DNA of 64,000 nucleotides from Candidatus Mediterraneibacter avicola (GTDB taxonomy: Bacteria; Bacillota; Clostridia; Lachnospirales; Lachnospiraceae), in assembly GCA_019115385.1 (NCBI GenBank), contig DXDR01000097.1, positions 18,694-82,693 of the forward strand, read 5' to 3'. A program made the position numbers and the translations under genes. Below are positions 18,778 through 28,185 of this stretch, in pieces. The notes beneath the pieces are model-generated. The model made no database searches. It saw only the letters and a list, made by a program, of their open reading frames with translations, and had not been told where the DNA came from. Within the stretch, counting starts at the first letter, position 1; every line of letters begins with the position of its first letter.

Positions 18778-20079
18778 ATGACAGATATCAGAAATTCACA
18801 GAACTGGAGTTTTGAAACAAAACAGCTTCATATCGGACAGGAACAGCCGGATCCGGCTACAGGCGCCCGTGCAGTCCCGATCTATGCAACCGCATCTTTT
18901 GTATTTGAGGACTGTCAGCATGCGGCGGATCGTTTTGCCCTCCGTGATGCGGGCAACATTTATGGGAGGCTGACCAACCCGACGGAAGACGTGTTCGAGA
19001 AGAGGATTGCGGCGCTGGAAGGCGGAGCGGCGGCCATAGCGACAGCATCGGGAGCAGCAGCCATTACCTATGCGTTTCAGGCACTGGCAAAAGCGGGAGA
19101 GCATATCGTGGCTTCCAGGACCATTTACGGAGGCACATATAATCTTCTGGCCCATACACTTCCCCTGACCAGCGGTATTACGGCTACCTTTGTGGATCCG
19201 GAGGAAGAAGGGGCTTTTGAGAAAGCAATCCGGCATAATACAAAGGCTATCTTTACAGAGACACTGGGGAATCCAAATTCCAATGTAGCGGATCTGGATA
19301 AACTGGCAAAGATCGCGCATAAGCACAGAATACCGCTTGTAGTGGATTCTACATTTGCCACGCCGTATCTGGTACGGCCGATCGAGCACGGCGCGGATAT
19401 TGTTGTACATTCTGCAACAAAATTTATCGGAGGACATGGAACGGCCCTCGGTGGAGTGATCGTTGACAGCGGGAAGTTTGACTGGAAAGAATCGGGCAGA
19501 TATCCCTGGCTTTCCGAGGCAAATCCCAGCTATCACGGCGTCTCTTTTACAGATGCGGCGCCGGGAGCGGCTTTCCTTACTTACATCCGGGCGGTCCTTC
19601 TGCGGGATACGGGGGCCACGATCTCTCCGTTTCATGCATTTCTTCTCCTTCAGGGACTGGAAACCCTATCCCTGCGGGTGGAACGGCATGTGGAAAATGC
19701 ATTGAAGATCGTCAGGTATCTGGCGGCTCATCCCCAGGTGGAGGCGGTGCATCATCCTTCTCTGGACTCCGAGCCGACCCACCCCCTGTACAAAAAGTAT
19801 TTTCCTCAGGGCGGAGGATCCATTTTCACCTTTGAGATCAAAGGGGATGCCGCAGCAGCCCAGAAGTTTATTGATAATCTGCCGATTTTTTCTCTGCTGG
19901 CCAACGTGGCGGACGTAAAATCGCTGGTGATCCATCCGGCAACGACGACGCACAGCCAGTGTACGCCGGAGGAACTGGAAGCCCAGGGGATAAAGCCGAA
20001 TACGATCCGCCTGTCTGTGGGGATCGAGAAAGCGGAGGATCTGATCGCGGCTCTGGATGCAGCATTTGCTGCCGTTTAG
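18778..20079 (+). CDS. metY: O-acetylhomoserine/O-acetylserine sulfhydrylase
   Basis: FETKQLH, YGRLTNPT, SATKFIGGHG (PLP lysine), LANVADVKSLVIHPA. Confidence 0.92.
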   Translation: MTDIRNSQNWSFETKQLHIGQEQPDPATGARAVPIYATASFVFEDCQHAADRFALRDAGNIYGRLTNPTEDVFEKRIAALEGGAAAIATASGAAAITYAFQALAKAGEHIVASRTIYGGTYNLLAHTLPLTSGITATFVDPEEEGAFEKAIRHNTKAIFTETLGNPNSNVADLDKLAKIAHKHRIPLVVDSTFATPYLVRPIEHGADIVVHSATKFIGGHGTALGGVIVDSGKFDWKESGRYPWLSEANPSYHGVSFTDAAPGAAFLTYIRAVLLRDTGATISPFHAFLLLQGLETLSLRVERHVENALKIVRYLAAHPQVEAVHHPSLDSEPTHPLYKKYFPQGGGSIFTFEIKGDAAAAQKFIDNLPIFSLLANVADVKSLVIHPATTTHSQCTPEELEAQGIKPNTIRLSVGIEKAEDLIAALDAAFAAV

Positions 20080-20194
20080 GAGGCAAAAGGCAGTTATTTG
20101 CTTTTCACAGTACTGGCGTCAATCTCTATCCTGCTGTATAATAGGCTGGTAAACAGTAAGAAGACTTTAAATACGACAGGCAGGAGTATTTGAA

Positions 20195-21115
20195 ATGACG
20201 TTGAACCAGCTGAACTATATTATTACGATCGCAGAGACGAAATCAATCAATAAGGCTGCCGAGCAGCTCTATGTTTCCCAGCCGTCTCTTACCAGCGCGG
20301 TGCAGGAACTGGAAAAGGAATTGGGAGTCATACTATTTTATCGGAGCGGGCGCGGCGTGACACTGACAAATGACGGCGCGGAATTTCTCCAGTATGCCCG
20401 GCAGCTTTATGGACAGTACGAGACAATCCTGGAAAAGTACGGAAAAAACGGATCCCTCAAGAAAAAATTCGGAGTTTCCACACAGCACTACTCTTTTGCG
20501 GTGAAGGCCTTTGTAGATATGGCGAAACAGTTTGATATGTCAAAATATGAGTTTGCCATCCGGGAGACAAAAACTGCAGAGGTGATCCGTGATGTGAGCG
20601 CAATGAAAAGTGAGATAGGAATTCTTTATCTGAGTGATTTTAACAGGAAGAGCCTTGAAAAACTGCTGCGTTCGGCGGGACTTGAATTCTGCCATCTGAT
20701 GGACTGCAAGGCATATGTATATCTGTGGAAAAACCATCCTCTGGCGGCTGAAAAGTCAATCTGTTTCCGTCAGCTGGAAGAGTATCCCTGCCTGGCATTT
20801 GAGCAGGGGGACAACAGTTCTTTTTATCTCGCTGAAGAGATTCTTTCGACCAACGAATATCCGAAGATCATCCGGGCAAATGACAGGGCGACTATGCTCA
20901 ATCTGATGGTAGGGCTGAACGGGTATACGCTTTGTTCCGGCATCATCTGCGAGGAACTCAACGGCAGCGAGTTTGCAGCAGTTCCCTTTCAGGACGACGA
21001 GGAAAATCACAACAGCATTATGGAGATCGGCTATGTGGTGAGAAAGAATACAATTCTCAGTAAAGTGGGAGAGATGTATCTGGAGGCGCTGAAGAAGTAT
21101 CTGGATATAAAATAA
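20195..21115 (+). CDS. LysR-family regulator (CmbR/MetR-like)
   Basis: MTLNQLNY...SINKAAEQLYVSQPSLT...LEKELG HTH, 306 aa, adjacent to metY. Confidence 0.92.
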   Translation: MTLNQLNYIITIAETKSINKAAEQLYVSQPSLTSAVQELEKELGVILFYRSGRGVTLTNDGAEFLQYARQLYGQYETILEKYGKNGSLKKKFGVSTQHYSFAVKAFVDMAKQFDMSKYEFAIRETKTAEVIRDVSAMKSEIGILYLSDFNRKSLEKLLRSAGLEFCHLMDCKAYVYLWKNHPLAAEKSICFRQLEEYPCLAFEQGDNSSFYLAEEILSTNEYPKIIRANDRATMLNLMVGLNGYTLCSGIICEELNGSEFAAVPFQDDEENHNSIMEIGYVVRKNTILSKVGEMYLEALKKYLDIK

Positions 21116-21136
21116 GATGAAGAAGGATGAAACGAT

Positions 21137-21370
21137 ATGGCAAGATTGATGGATTTTACGACAGAGACGCCGGACTGCTGCGAGATAGGAGATATCCTTC
21201 AGGTAGAAGAAAACAAACTTCCGACATCCTACTGGTATATGCTTGAGCATGCCTATGGAGCCAGCGGAAACTTTAAAAACCGTGAACGGTTAAAAACCAG
21301 AGCCGGGAAAGTCGTTAAAAAATGGAGCGATGACCGCTTTAAGTATCTGACGTTAGAATTCGATGAATAA
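21137..21370 (+). CDS. Small hypothetical protein (77 aa)
   Basis: AAGGA RBS, fills the gap between LysR and deoB on the same strand. Confidence 0.65.
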   Translation: MARLMDFTTETPDCCEIGDILQVEENKLPTSYWYMLEHAYGASGNFKNRERLKTRAGKVVKKWSDDRFKYLTLEFDE

Positions 21371-21383
21371 GGAAGGACCGAGT

Positions 21384-22574
21384 ATGGGAAAATATAGAAG
21401 GATATTTGTGATCGTTATGGATTCCCTGGGCGCAGGGGCGATGGAAGATTCCCCGGAATTCGGGGATTTGGGTGTGAACACGCTGGGACATATCTCACAG
21501 GCGGTTGAACGTTTTCATATACCGAATCTGCAGAAGATGGGTATGGCGAACCTGACGCCGCTGAAGCAGGTGCCTCCGGTGGAAGAGTGCCTTGGATATT
21601 ATGGGAAGCTGAGAGAGAAGAGCAGAGGCAAAGATACTATGACCGGACACTGGGAAATGATGGGACTTGAGGTGAAAAAGCCTTTTAAGACATTTGCGGA
21701 AACCGGGTTCCCGCCAGAGCTGATCAGAGAATTGGAACAGAGGACCGGGCATAAAGTGATCGGGAATAAGAGCGCCAGCGGAACGGAGATTTTAGATGAA
21801 CTGGCTGAAGAAGAGATCGCCACAGGACATATGATCGTTTATACTTCCGCAGACTCTGTCCTGCAGATCTGTGGGAATGAGGAGACTTTCGGACTGGAGG
21901 AACTGTACCGCTGCTGTGAGATCGCCCGGGAGATCACGATGAAAGATGAATGGCGGGTGGGGCGTGTAATCGCCCGCCCGTATGTAGGGAAAAAGAAAGG
22001 TGAGTTCAAGCGGACCAGCAACCGCCACGATTATGCACTGAAGCCGTTTGGCAGGACAGCTCTCAATGCTCTGAAAGACGCGGGACTCGATGTGATCTCT
22101 GTAGGCAAGATCAAGGATATCTTCGACGGAGAGGGGATTACGGAAGCCTATAAGTCCAAAAGCTCGGTTCACGGCATGGAGCAGACCATTGAACTGGCAA
22201 AGAAAGATTTCCATGGGCTGTGCTTTGTCAACCTGGTGGATTTTGACGCATTGTGGGGACACAGAAGAAATCCGGCCGGATATGCGGCTGAGATTGAACG
22301 GTTTGATGTGAACCTTGGGAAGCTGCTTCCGCTCCTGACGGAAGATGATCTGCTGATCATTACAGCGGACCATGGAAATGATCCCACTTATACAGGCACA
22401 GATCATACGAGAGAAAAAGTGCCGTTCCTTGCATACTCTCCGGCAATGAAAGGCCGCGGAGAACTGCCGGAAGCGGATACATTCGCCGTGGTAGGCGCGA
22501 CAGCGGCAGATAATTTCGGAGTGGAGATGCCGGATGGGACGATCGGGGAATCGGTGCTGGAGCGGCTGGAGTAA
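21384..22574 (+). CDS. deoB: Phosphopentomutase
   Basis: [45 protein letters not shown]. Confidence 0.96.
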   Translation: MGKYRRIFVIVMDSLGAGAMEDSPEFGDLGVNTLGHISQAVERFHIPNLQKMGMANLTPLKQVPPVEECLGYYGKLREKSRGKDTMTGHWEMMGLEVKKPFKTFAETGFPPELIRELEQRTGHKVIGNKSASGTEILDELAEEEIATGHMIVYTSADSVLQICGNEETFGLEELYRCCEIAREITMKDEWRVGRVIARPYVGKKKGEFKRTSNRHDYALKPFGRTALNALKDAGLDVISVGKIKDIFDGEGITEAYKSKSSVHGMEQTIELAKKDFHGLCFVNLVDFDALWGHRRNPAGYAAEIERFDVNLGKLLPLLTEDDLLIITADHGNDPTYTGTDHTREKVPFLAYSPAMKGRGELPEADTFAVVGATAADNFGVEMPDGTIGESVLERLE

Positions 22575-22613
22575 CGGCTGTTTCTCATCAAAGTATCAGA
22601 GACGGAGCCAGCC

Positions 22614-22682
22614 AGCATCAGAGTACAGGGAAGCAGAAATCAGTCCTTCAGCGACTATATTGTCTCCCTGTACACTGATGCT
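22614..22682. terminator. Long inverted repeat downstream of deoB (terminator-like)
   Basis: AGCATCAGAGTACAGGGA ... TCCCTGTACACTGATGCT (17/18 bp, 33-nt loop). Confidence 0.5.
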
Positions 22683-22889
22683 ATGTTTTATATTCTTGCT
22701 GTAATAGATTCTTTTACAAATCAAGTTCGGATAATTTTCCATTATCATCTATATCCAGAAAAAATGAATAATGGATCCCCCTGTCTGAAAGAAATTGTTT
22801 TACCTCTTCAACATCTGTTCCAATGTCGATCTGACCGACTGTCTTTCTCATTTCTTCAGGAGAATATCTTTTTATCTGGACAGGGATAA

Positions 22890-23099
22890 ACGTATCTGCA
22901 TAAATATGAGATGTCTCCGATCCAATATCTCCGGTTACGGCGATTGATTTTTCTTTATCCCCAATTCCTCTTCCGACGGCTGCGGCCGCCCGGTGTAGTT
23001 CCCAGTTGTGGCGTAAATGCAGTCGTCCGGTATTTTATGGGGAGGACGTATAAAACACAGGAGGATTTGCTTTCCCATCCTTGCGGAACAAAAGTATGA
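22890..23099 (+). pseudogene. Degraded AraC-family HTH remnant
   Basis: The frame reads TYLHKYEMSPIQYLRLRRL...SCGVNAVVRYFMGRTYK, echoing the AraC SPxxYL..RL and CGF..YF..FK motifs. An in-frame TAA lies at 22887 and no sensor domain is present. Confidence 0.45.
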
Positions 23100-23475
23100 A
23101 TACCGTTGCTGACAAAATGACAAATACGATTAAAATAACAAATTCTGTAATTGCTTTTTGTGCTTTTTACAGATCATATTAAGAATACCTCCGCTTTTAT
23201 ATAGCCTGTAAACGTTGCATTTTTATAATACATTAAATTTCAGCAAATTTCTACGGACGCCTGAATCGGAGTTACAGTAAAATGTTTTCTTTCGCGTTTG
23301 ACAGAAATTAGTGAAGGAAAAAATGAACGGAAAATCAGAATGTTTCACCAACTGAACAAAAAAAATACATATTTTTAGGCTATTATAATCAGAGTGTAAC
23401 TTATTTACTTCTGAAAAGCTTAAAAATGCATTTCGGTGGTAAGCGGGATGAGGGGAGATTACAGAAAGGGGTACT

Positions 23476-24411
23476 ATGAAGAGGAGAAAGCATCTTACAG
23501 GCGCGCTGGCGGCATTTGTTCTGCTTCCATGTCTGACTGTTACATCCGTTACGGCGGCGCCGTCGGCTGCCGAACTGGAACAGCAGAGGGAAGAGGCGGC
23601 AAACGAGGCGGAAGACCTGCAGACCGAACTGACCGGCCTGCTCAATAAAGTGGGAGAAATGGAAGAAAAGCTGATCGAGACAGGCGAGAAGATCACACAG
23701 GCGGAGGAAGATCTGAAAACAGCGGAGGCGGAGGCAGAGAAACAGTACGAGACAATGAAAATCCGCATCAAATATATGTATGAGGCGGGAGATTCGGACA
23801 TATGGGCGGCTCTTCTTACGGCGGACAGTTTTACAGATTTTTTGAACAAGGCACAATATGCGAGCAATCTTCATTCTTATGACCGGCAGCAGCTGGAAAA
23901 GCTGGTGGAGACCTGGCAGGAGATTGAAAATTTAAAGGAGACTTTGGAGACAGAGCAGGCCAGCCTGGAAGAACAACAGGCGGAATACATAGAGGAGCAG
24001 GAGCGGGTAAATGCGGAACTGGAGGCAAAACGGGCGGAGATCGACGGTTTTGACGAGCAGATACAGGCAGCCGCGGAGGCGGCGGCGCAGGAGGCCCGGG
24101 AGCGGGAAACGCAAAATGAAGATACCGGGGAAAATCAGCAGAGCGTTTCGGATTCGGGCAACAGTCACAACAGCGGCGGCACATCCTCCGGCGGTACTTC
24201 CAATACAGATACATCCGGCGGAAACACATCAGGAAACGGCTCATCAGAGTCAGAAGGGACGTCGGCCGGGAATACTTCTGCTGCACAGATAATTGTAAAT
24301 GCGGCCTACAGTCAGCTGGGGGTGCCTTATGAGTATGGGGGCACGACACCAGGCGTAGGGCTGGACTGCTCCGGCCTGGTACAGGCGGTGCTGGTGATCG
24401 GAATTTTATGA
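23476..24411 (+). pseudogene. Secreted PcsB/CwlO-like coiled-coil protein with a C-terminally truncated NlpC/P60 domain
   Basis: Signal peptide, coiled coil (QYETMKIRIKYMYE), S/G-rich linker. NlpC/P60 starts (AYSQLGVPYEYGG...GLDCSGLVQ) and stops 8 codons later; the catalytic His region is absent in all frames before the next gene. Confidence 0.75.
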
Positions 24412-24519
24412 TATGTCAGGTTTTATTTAATATTGTGTGAAAGAATGATTTATCGACGGCTACCTCTTTTTGTGATATGATTATGTTTGCAGATCATAGA
24501 ACAGAAAGGGGTATTTTCT

Positions 24520-27255
24520 ATGGGAAATACGTCTGAAAATAGACACGGCGGAACGATGGAAAAGCCGCCGGAACATATTAATCTGGGACTCCTTGCCCAT
24601 GTGGACGCAGGGAAGACCACCCTGTCGGAATGTATGCTTTATCTGAGCGGCGTCATCCGGGATATGGGAAGAGTAGATTATGGAAATGCGTTTCTGGATA
24701 CATATGAACTGGAGCGGGAACGTGGTATCACTATATTTTCAAAGCAGGCGGTCCTCACCTGGAAGGGGATGGAGATCACTTTGCTTGATACGCCGGGGCA
24801 CGTGGATTTTTCTGCGGAGATGGAACGGACGCTCCAGGTGCTGGACTGCGCGGTTCTTGTGATCAGCGCGGCAGATGGAGTCCAGGGCCACACAGAGACG
24901 CTCTGGAAACTTTTGAGAAGATATCACATTCCTGTATTTATTTTTGTGAATAAAATGGATCAGGATGGGGCGGATAAGGAGCAAATCCTGAGAGAACTAA
25001 AAGAACGCTTCGGAGAGGGGTGTATTGAATTTTCTTCCATTCTGGCGGAGGGGCAGGCGTCGCCGGAGGAGATGGAAAACCTGGCCGTCTGTGAGGAAAC
25101 CATGATGGAGGAATATCTGGAAACAGGCTGCATCTGCGTTGAGACTATGAGAACTGCGGTGGCGGAAAGGAAGATATTTCCCTGCTGGTTTGGTTCCGCG
25201 CTGCGGGCGGAAGGCGTAGAAAAACTCCTGGACGGTGTGGGAGCGCTTGCACCGGAGAAGCGCTACCCGCAGGCATTTGGAGCAAAGGTGTATAAGATCG
25301 CCCGGGACAGTCAGGGAAACAGGCTGACTTATCTGAAAGTGACAGGGGGAAGCCTGCGGGTAAAAGAAGTCCTTGCAGATACAGGGGAAAAGGTCAATCA
25401 GATCCGGATTTATTCCGGGGAAAAATATGAGCTTGTGCAGAAGGTATCCGCCGGGCAGGTCTGTGCAGTGACAGGGCCGGAACAGACACGGCCGGGCCAG
25501 GGACTGGGAGCGGAGAAGGCTTCCGAACTTCCTGTACTGGAGCCGGTGCTTACCTATTCTCTTGAACTGCCTGGGGACTGTGACGTACACCGGATGCTGC
25601 GGGATCTTCGGAAACTGGAAGAGGAGGAACCGGAACTTAACATTGTCTGGGAAGAGGAAACAGGAGAAATATCCGTGCGCCTTATGGGCGAGGTGCAGAC
25701 AGAAATTCTCCGAAACATGATCAAAGAGCGGTACGGAGTGTGTGTGCAGTTCGGAGAAGGAAAGATCGTGTACAAAGAAACCGTTCGGGAACCTGTTGAG
25801 GGGGTAGGGCATTATGAACCGCTGCGGCATTATGCAGAGGTCCATCTCCTCCTGGAGCCAGGAGAGAGAGGCTCGGGCCTGCAGTTTGCCTCCGCCTGCA
25901 GCGAGGATGTGCTGGACAGAAACTGGCAGCGCCTGGTTTTGGCCCATCTGGAGGAAAAGCCGCACAGAGGAGTCTTGACCGGAGCGCAGATCACAGATAT
26001 GAAGATCACGCTGCTCTCAGGCAGATCCCACCAGAAGCACACGGAAGGGGGAGATTTCCGGCAGGCTACATACCGGGCCGTGCGGCAGGGACTTATGAAA
26101 GCGCACAGCATCCTTTTGGAGCCCTGGTATGAATTCCGTATGGAGATGCCGACCGAGTGCGTGGGGAGAGCTATGGCGGATGTGCAGAGAATGTATGGAA
26201 GATTTGACCCTCCCCTGACGGAGGAAAACCGGGCCGTTCTTTCAGGGAGCGCGCCGGCAGCGTCTATGAGAGGATACCAGACGGAATTTGCCTCCTATAC
26301 GGGAGGGCGCGGCAGACTGTTCTGCTCTCTTAAGGGGTACGATGTCTGCCATAATGAAGAAGAGGCGGTGGCTGCCTGCGGATATGACCCGGCGGCTGAC
26401 CTGGAAAATCCGGCGGATTCTGTATTCTGCGCTCATGGAGCAGGATTTGTCGTGCCCTGGGATCAGGTAGAAGAATATATGCACATGGAAAACGCCTATG
26501 ACCGGGGAGAAAAGGTAGAGGAAGCATTTCCGGCTGTTGTGCAGAAATATACCGGATCCAGAATCGAGCTCACACAGGAAGAACTGGACGCCATTTATGC
26601 GCCTTCGCCGGATCCGGTGAAGCGGAAAGACAACCGGGGCGCGGTTACGGTGCGGGCGTCTTCTGCTGATGAGTCAGGAGCCGGAAAGAACGGGCGGACA
26701 AAAGGCAGAGGAGGTGGAGAGGAGTACCTTCTCGTTGACGGATATAATATTATTTTCGCCTGGGATGAGTTGAAAGAACTGGCTGAGGCGGACATTTCCG
26801 GCGCCAGAGGCAGGCTGATGGACATCCTGTGCAACTATCAGGGATATAGAAAATGTACGCTGATCCTTGTGTTTGACGCGTATAAAGTAGAAGGAAATCC
26901 CGGAGAAGTTTTGAAGTATCATAATATTTATGTGGTTTATACAAAGGAAGCCGAGACAGCGGACCAGTACATTGAAAAAACCGTGCGGAAAATGGCGCGC
27001 CGCCATGAGGTGACTGTGGCAACTTCGGATGCACTGGAGCAGGTCATTATCCTCGGACAGGGGGCAAACAGGCTTTCGGCCGCCGGACTCAAAGAAGAAG
27101 TCGAGATAGCTCTGAAGGAAATCAGGGGAGAGCATCTTGGCCAGTCAAACCTGCGAAATTATCTTTTTGATTATCTCAGCAGAGAAGACGCAGGAGAAAT
27201 GGAAAAAATCAGACTCGGACAGCAGAAGGAGCGGCAGCCGGAAAAAAGAAATTAA
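24520..27255 (+). CDS. TetM/EF-G-like translational GTPase fused to a C-terminal NYN (YacP/Rae1) ribonuclease domain
   Basis: LAHVDAGKTT, RGITI, DTPGHVDF, NKMD, GSAL; EF-G domains III-V (LLEPWY); NYN domain from about 26725 (YLLVDGYNII...VFDAY...ETADQYIE...VATSD). Confidence 0.9.
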   Translation: MGNTSENRHGGTMEKPPEHINLGLLAHVDAGKTTLSECMLYLSGVIRDMGRVDYGNAFLDTYELERERGITIFSKQAVLTWKGMEITLLDTPGHVDFSAEMERTLQVLDCAVLVISAADGVQGHTETLWKLLRRYHIPVFIFVNKMDQDGADKEQILRELKERFGEGCIEFSSILAEGQASPEEMENLAVCEETMMEEYLETGCICVETMRTAVAERKIFPCWFGSALRAEGVEKLLDGVGALAPEKRYPQAFGAKVYKIARDSQGNRLTYLKVTGGSLRVKEVLADTGEKVNQIRIYSGEKYELVQKVSAGQVCAVTGPEQTRPGQGLGAEKASELPVLEPVLTYSLELPGDCDVHRMLRDLRKLEEEEPELNIVWEEETGEISVRLMGEVQTEILRNMIKERYGVCVQFGEGKIVYKETVREPVEGVGHYEPLRHYAEVHLLLEPGERGSGLQFASACSEDVLDRNWQRLVLAHLEEKPHRGVLTGAQITDMKITLLSGRSHQKHTEGGDFRQATYRAVRQGLMKAHSILLEPWYEFRMEMPTECVGRAMADVQRMYGRFDPPLTEENRAVLSGSAPAASMRGYQTEFASYTGGRGRLFCSLKGYDVCHNEEEAVAACGYDPAADLENPADSVFCAHGAGFVVPWDQVEEYMHMENAYDRGEKVEEAFPAVVQKYTGSRIELTQEELDAIYAPSPDPVKRKDNRGAVTVRASSADESGAGKNGRTKGRGGGEEYLLVDGYNIIFAWDELKELAEADISGARGRLMDILCNYQGYRKCTLILVFDAYKVEGNPGEVLKYHNIYVVYTKEAETADQYIEKTVRKMARRHEVTVATSDALEQVIILGQGANRLSAAGLKEEVEIALKEIRGEHLGQSNLRNYLFDYLSREDAGEMEKIRLGQQKERQPEKRN

Positions 27256-27338
27256 AAAAATATAAGAATTCTGTAACGTTTTCACGAAATCAATGGTATT
27301 ATTGATAGATAAAAATATATTACGAGAGCGAGGGATTT

Positions 27339-28127
27339 GTGATGAACTGTTTGAATTGTTATCAGGAAATTCCGGATGGAACAAAGTTCTGTCCGTATTG
27401 CGGGGCGAAACAGGCAGAACCTGTGGCACCGGAAAGTACAGAAAATATAAGAAGGGAAATGCCGCCTCAGCCGGAGGCAGGTGTCCAGCCAGAGGCACCG
27501 GTGCAGCCGGAGGTAAATATGCATACAGAGATGCCGGCACAGCCGCAGGCGAATGTGCAGCCGGAGGCGCCAGCACAGCAGCCGGAGGCACCAGTGCAGC
27601 CGGAGGTAAATAATCAGGCCGGAGGCAGTGCGGATCAGCCGGAAGGAACACTGACGCAGGAAGGACAGAGCGGACCGTACAGTCAGAGTGGTCAGTACGG
27701 TCAGAATAATACATATGGTCAGAACTATGCCTACAGCCCCAACGGACAGCAGGGACAGGGAATGTCCTACAGCCAGGCAGCGCAGCCCGGGCAGTCCGCT
27801 CAGGGCTGGCAGCCTGCCGGACAGGAAAAAACGGTGAACTGGGTGCCTTATCTCATTTTATCAATTATTTCTACACTTTGCTGCTGTATTCCGCTTGGAA
27901 TTGTTGCAATCATATATTCAGCGAAAATAAGCAGCCTGCTTGCAGGCGGCAGGCAGGATGAAGCGCGAAAAGCTGCAAAAACGGCTAAAATTTGGATCAT
28001 TATCGCCTTCGCAGCGGGAATACTGCTGGATATCATCGCATTTATCTTTGTATTTGTGATGGGAGCGTTCGATGGATATTACGGCGGAATATTTGATATT
28101 ATTTACAGTCTGAGAAATATGGTATAG
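27339..28127 (+). CDS. Zinc-ribbon + low-complexity linker + CD225/dispanin-family membrane protein
   Basis: CLNC...CPYCG; Q/P/E repeats; LCCCIPLGIVAIIYS...A...AKTAKIW dispanin motif. Confidence 0.85.
   Translation: MMNCLNCYQEIPDGTKFCPYCGAKQAEPVAPESTENIRREMPPQPEAGVQPEAPVQPEVNMHTEMPAQPQANVQPEAPAQQPEAPVQPEVNNQAGGSADQPEGTLTQEGQSGPYSQSGQYGQNNTYGQNYAYSPNGQQGQGMSYSQAAQPGQSAQGWQPAGQEKTVNWVPYLILSIISTLCCCIPLGIVAIIYSAKISSLLAGGRQDEARKAAKTAKIWIIIAFAAGILLDIIAFIFVFVMGAFDGYYGGIFDIIYSLRNMV
27468..27614 (+). repeat. Intragenic 18-bp tandem repeat (QPE[AV]xx, about 8 units)
   Basis: CAGCCGGAGG-led units at 27468, 27486, 27504, (27522), 27540, 27558, 27579, 27597. Confidence 0.85.
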
Positions 28128-28185
28128 AAATTCGGGGCTGCGTGAGAAATACGGAAAAGATGTCGGGAAAGCAGGATAGTGGCAG

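Noticed and set aside
23100-23475. c-di-AMP (ydaO) or other riboswitch ahead of the cell-wall hydrolase
   Set aside because: Expected in this context, but the conserved ydaO sequence blocks are not recognisable; the region is AT-rich with little pairing
24520-27255. Calling the GTPase a tetracycline resistance gene (tetM/tetO/tetW)
   Set aside because: The YYSPVST loop is absent, there is an extra NYN domain, and no mobile-element context
27468-27614. CRISPR-like or non-coding repeat
   Set aside because: The unit is 18 bp, in frame, and degenerate at codon level: a protein linker repeat
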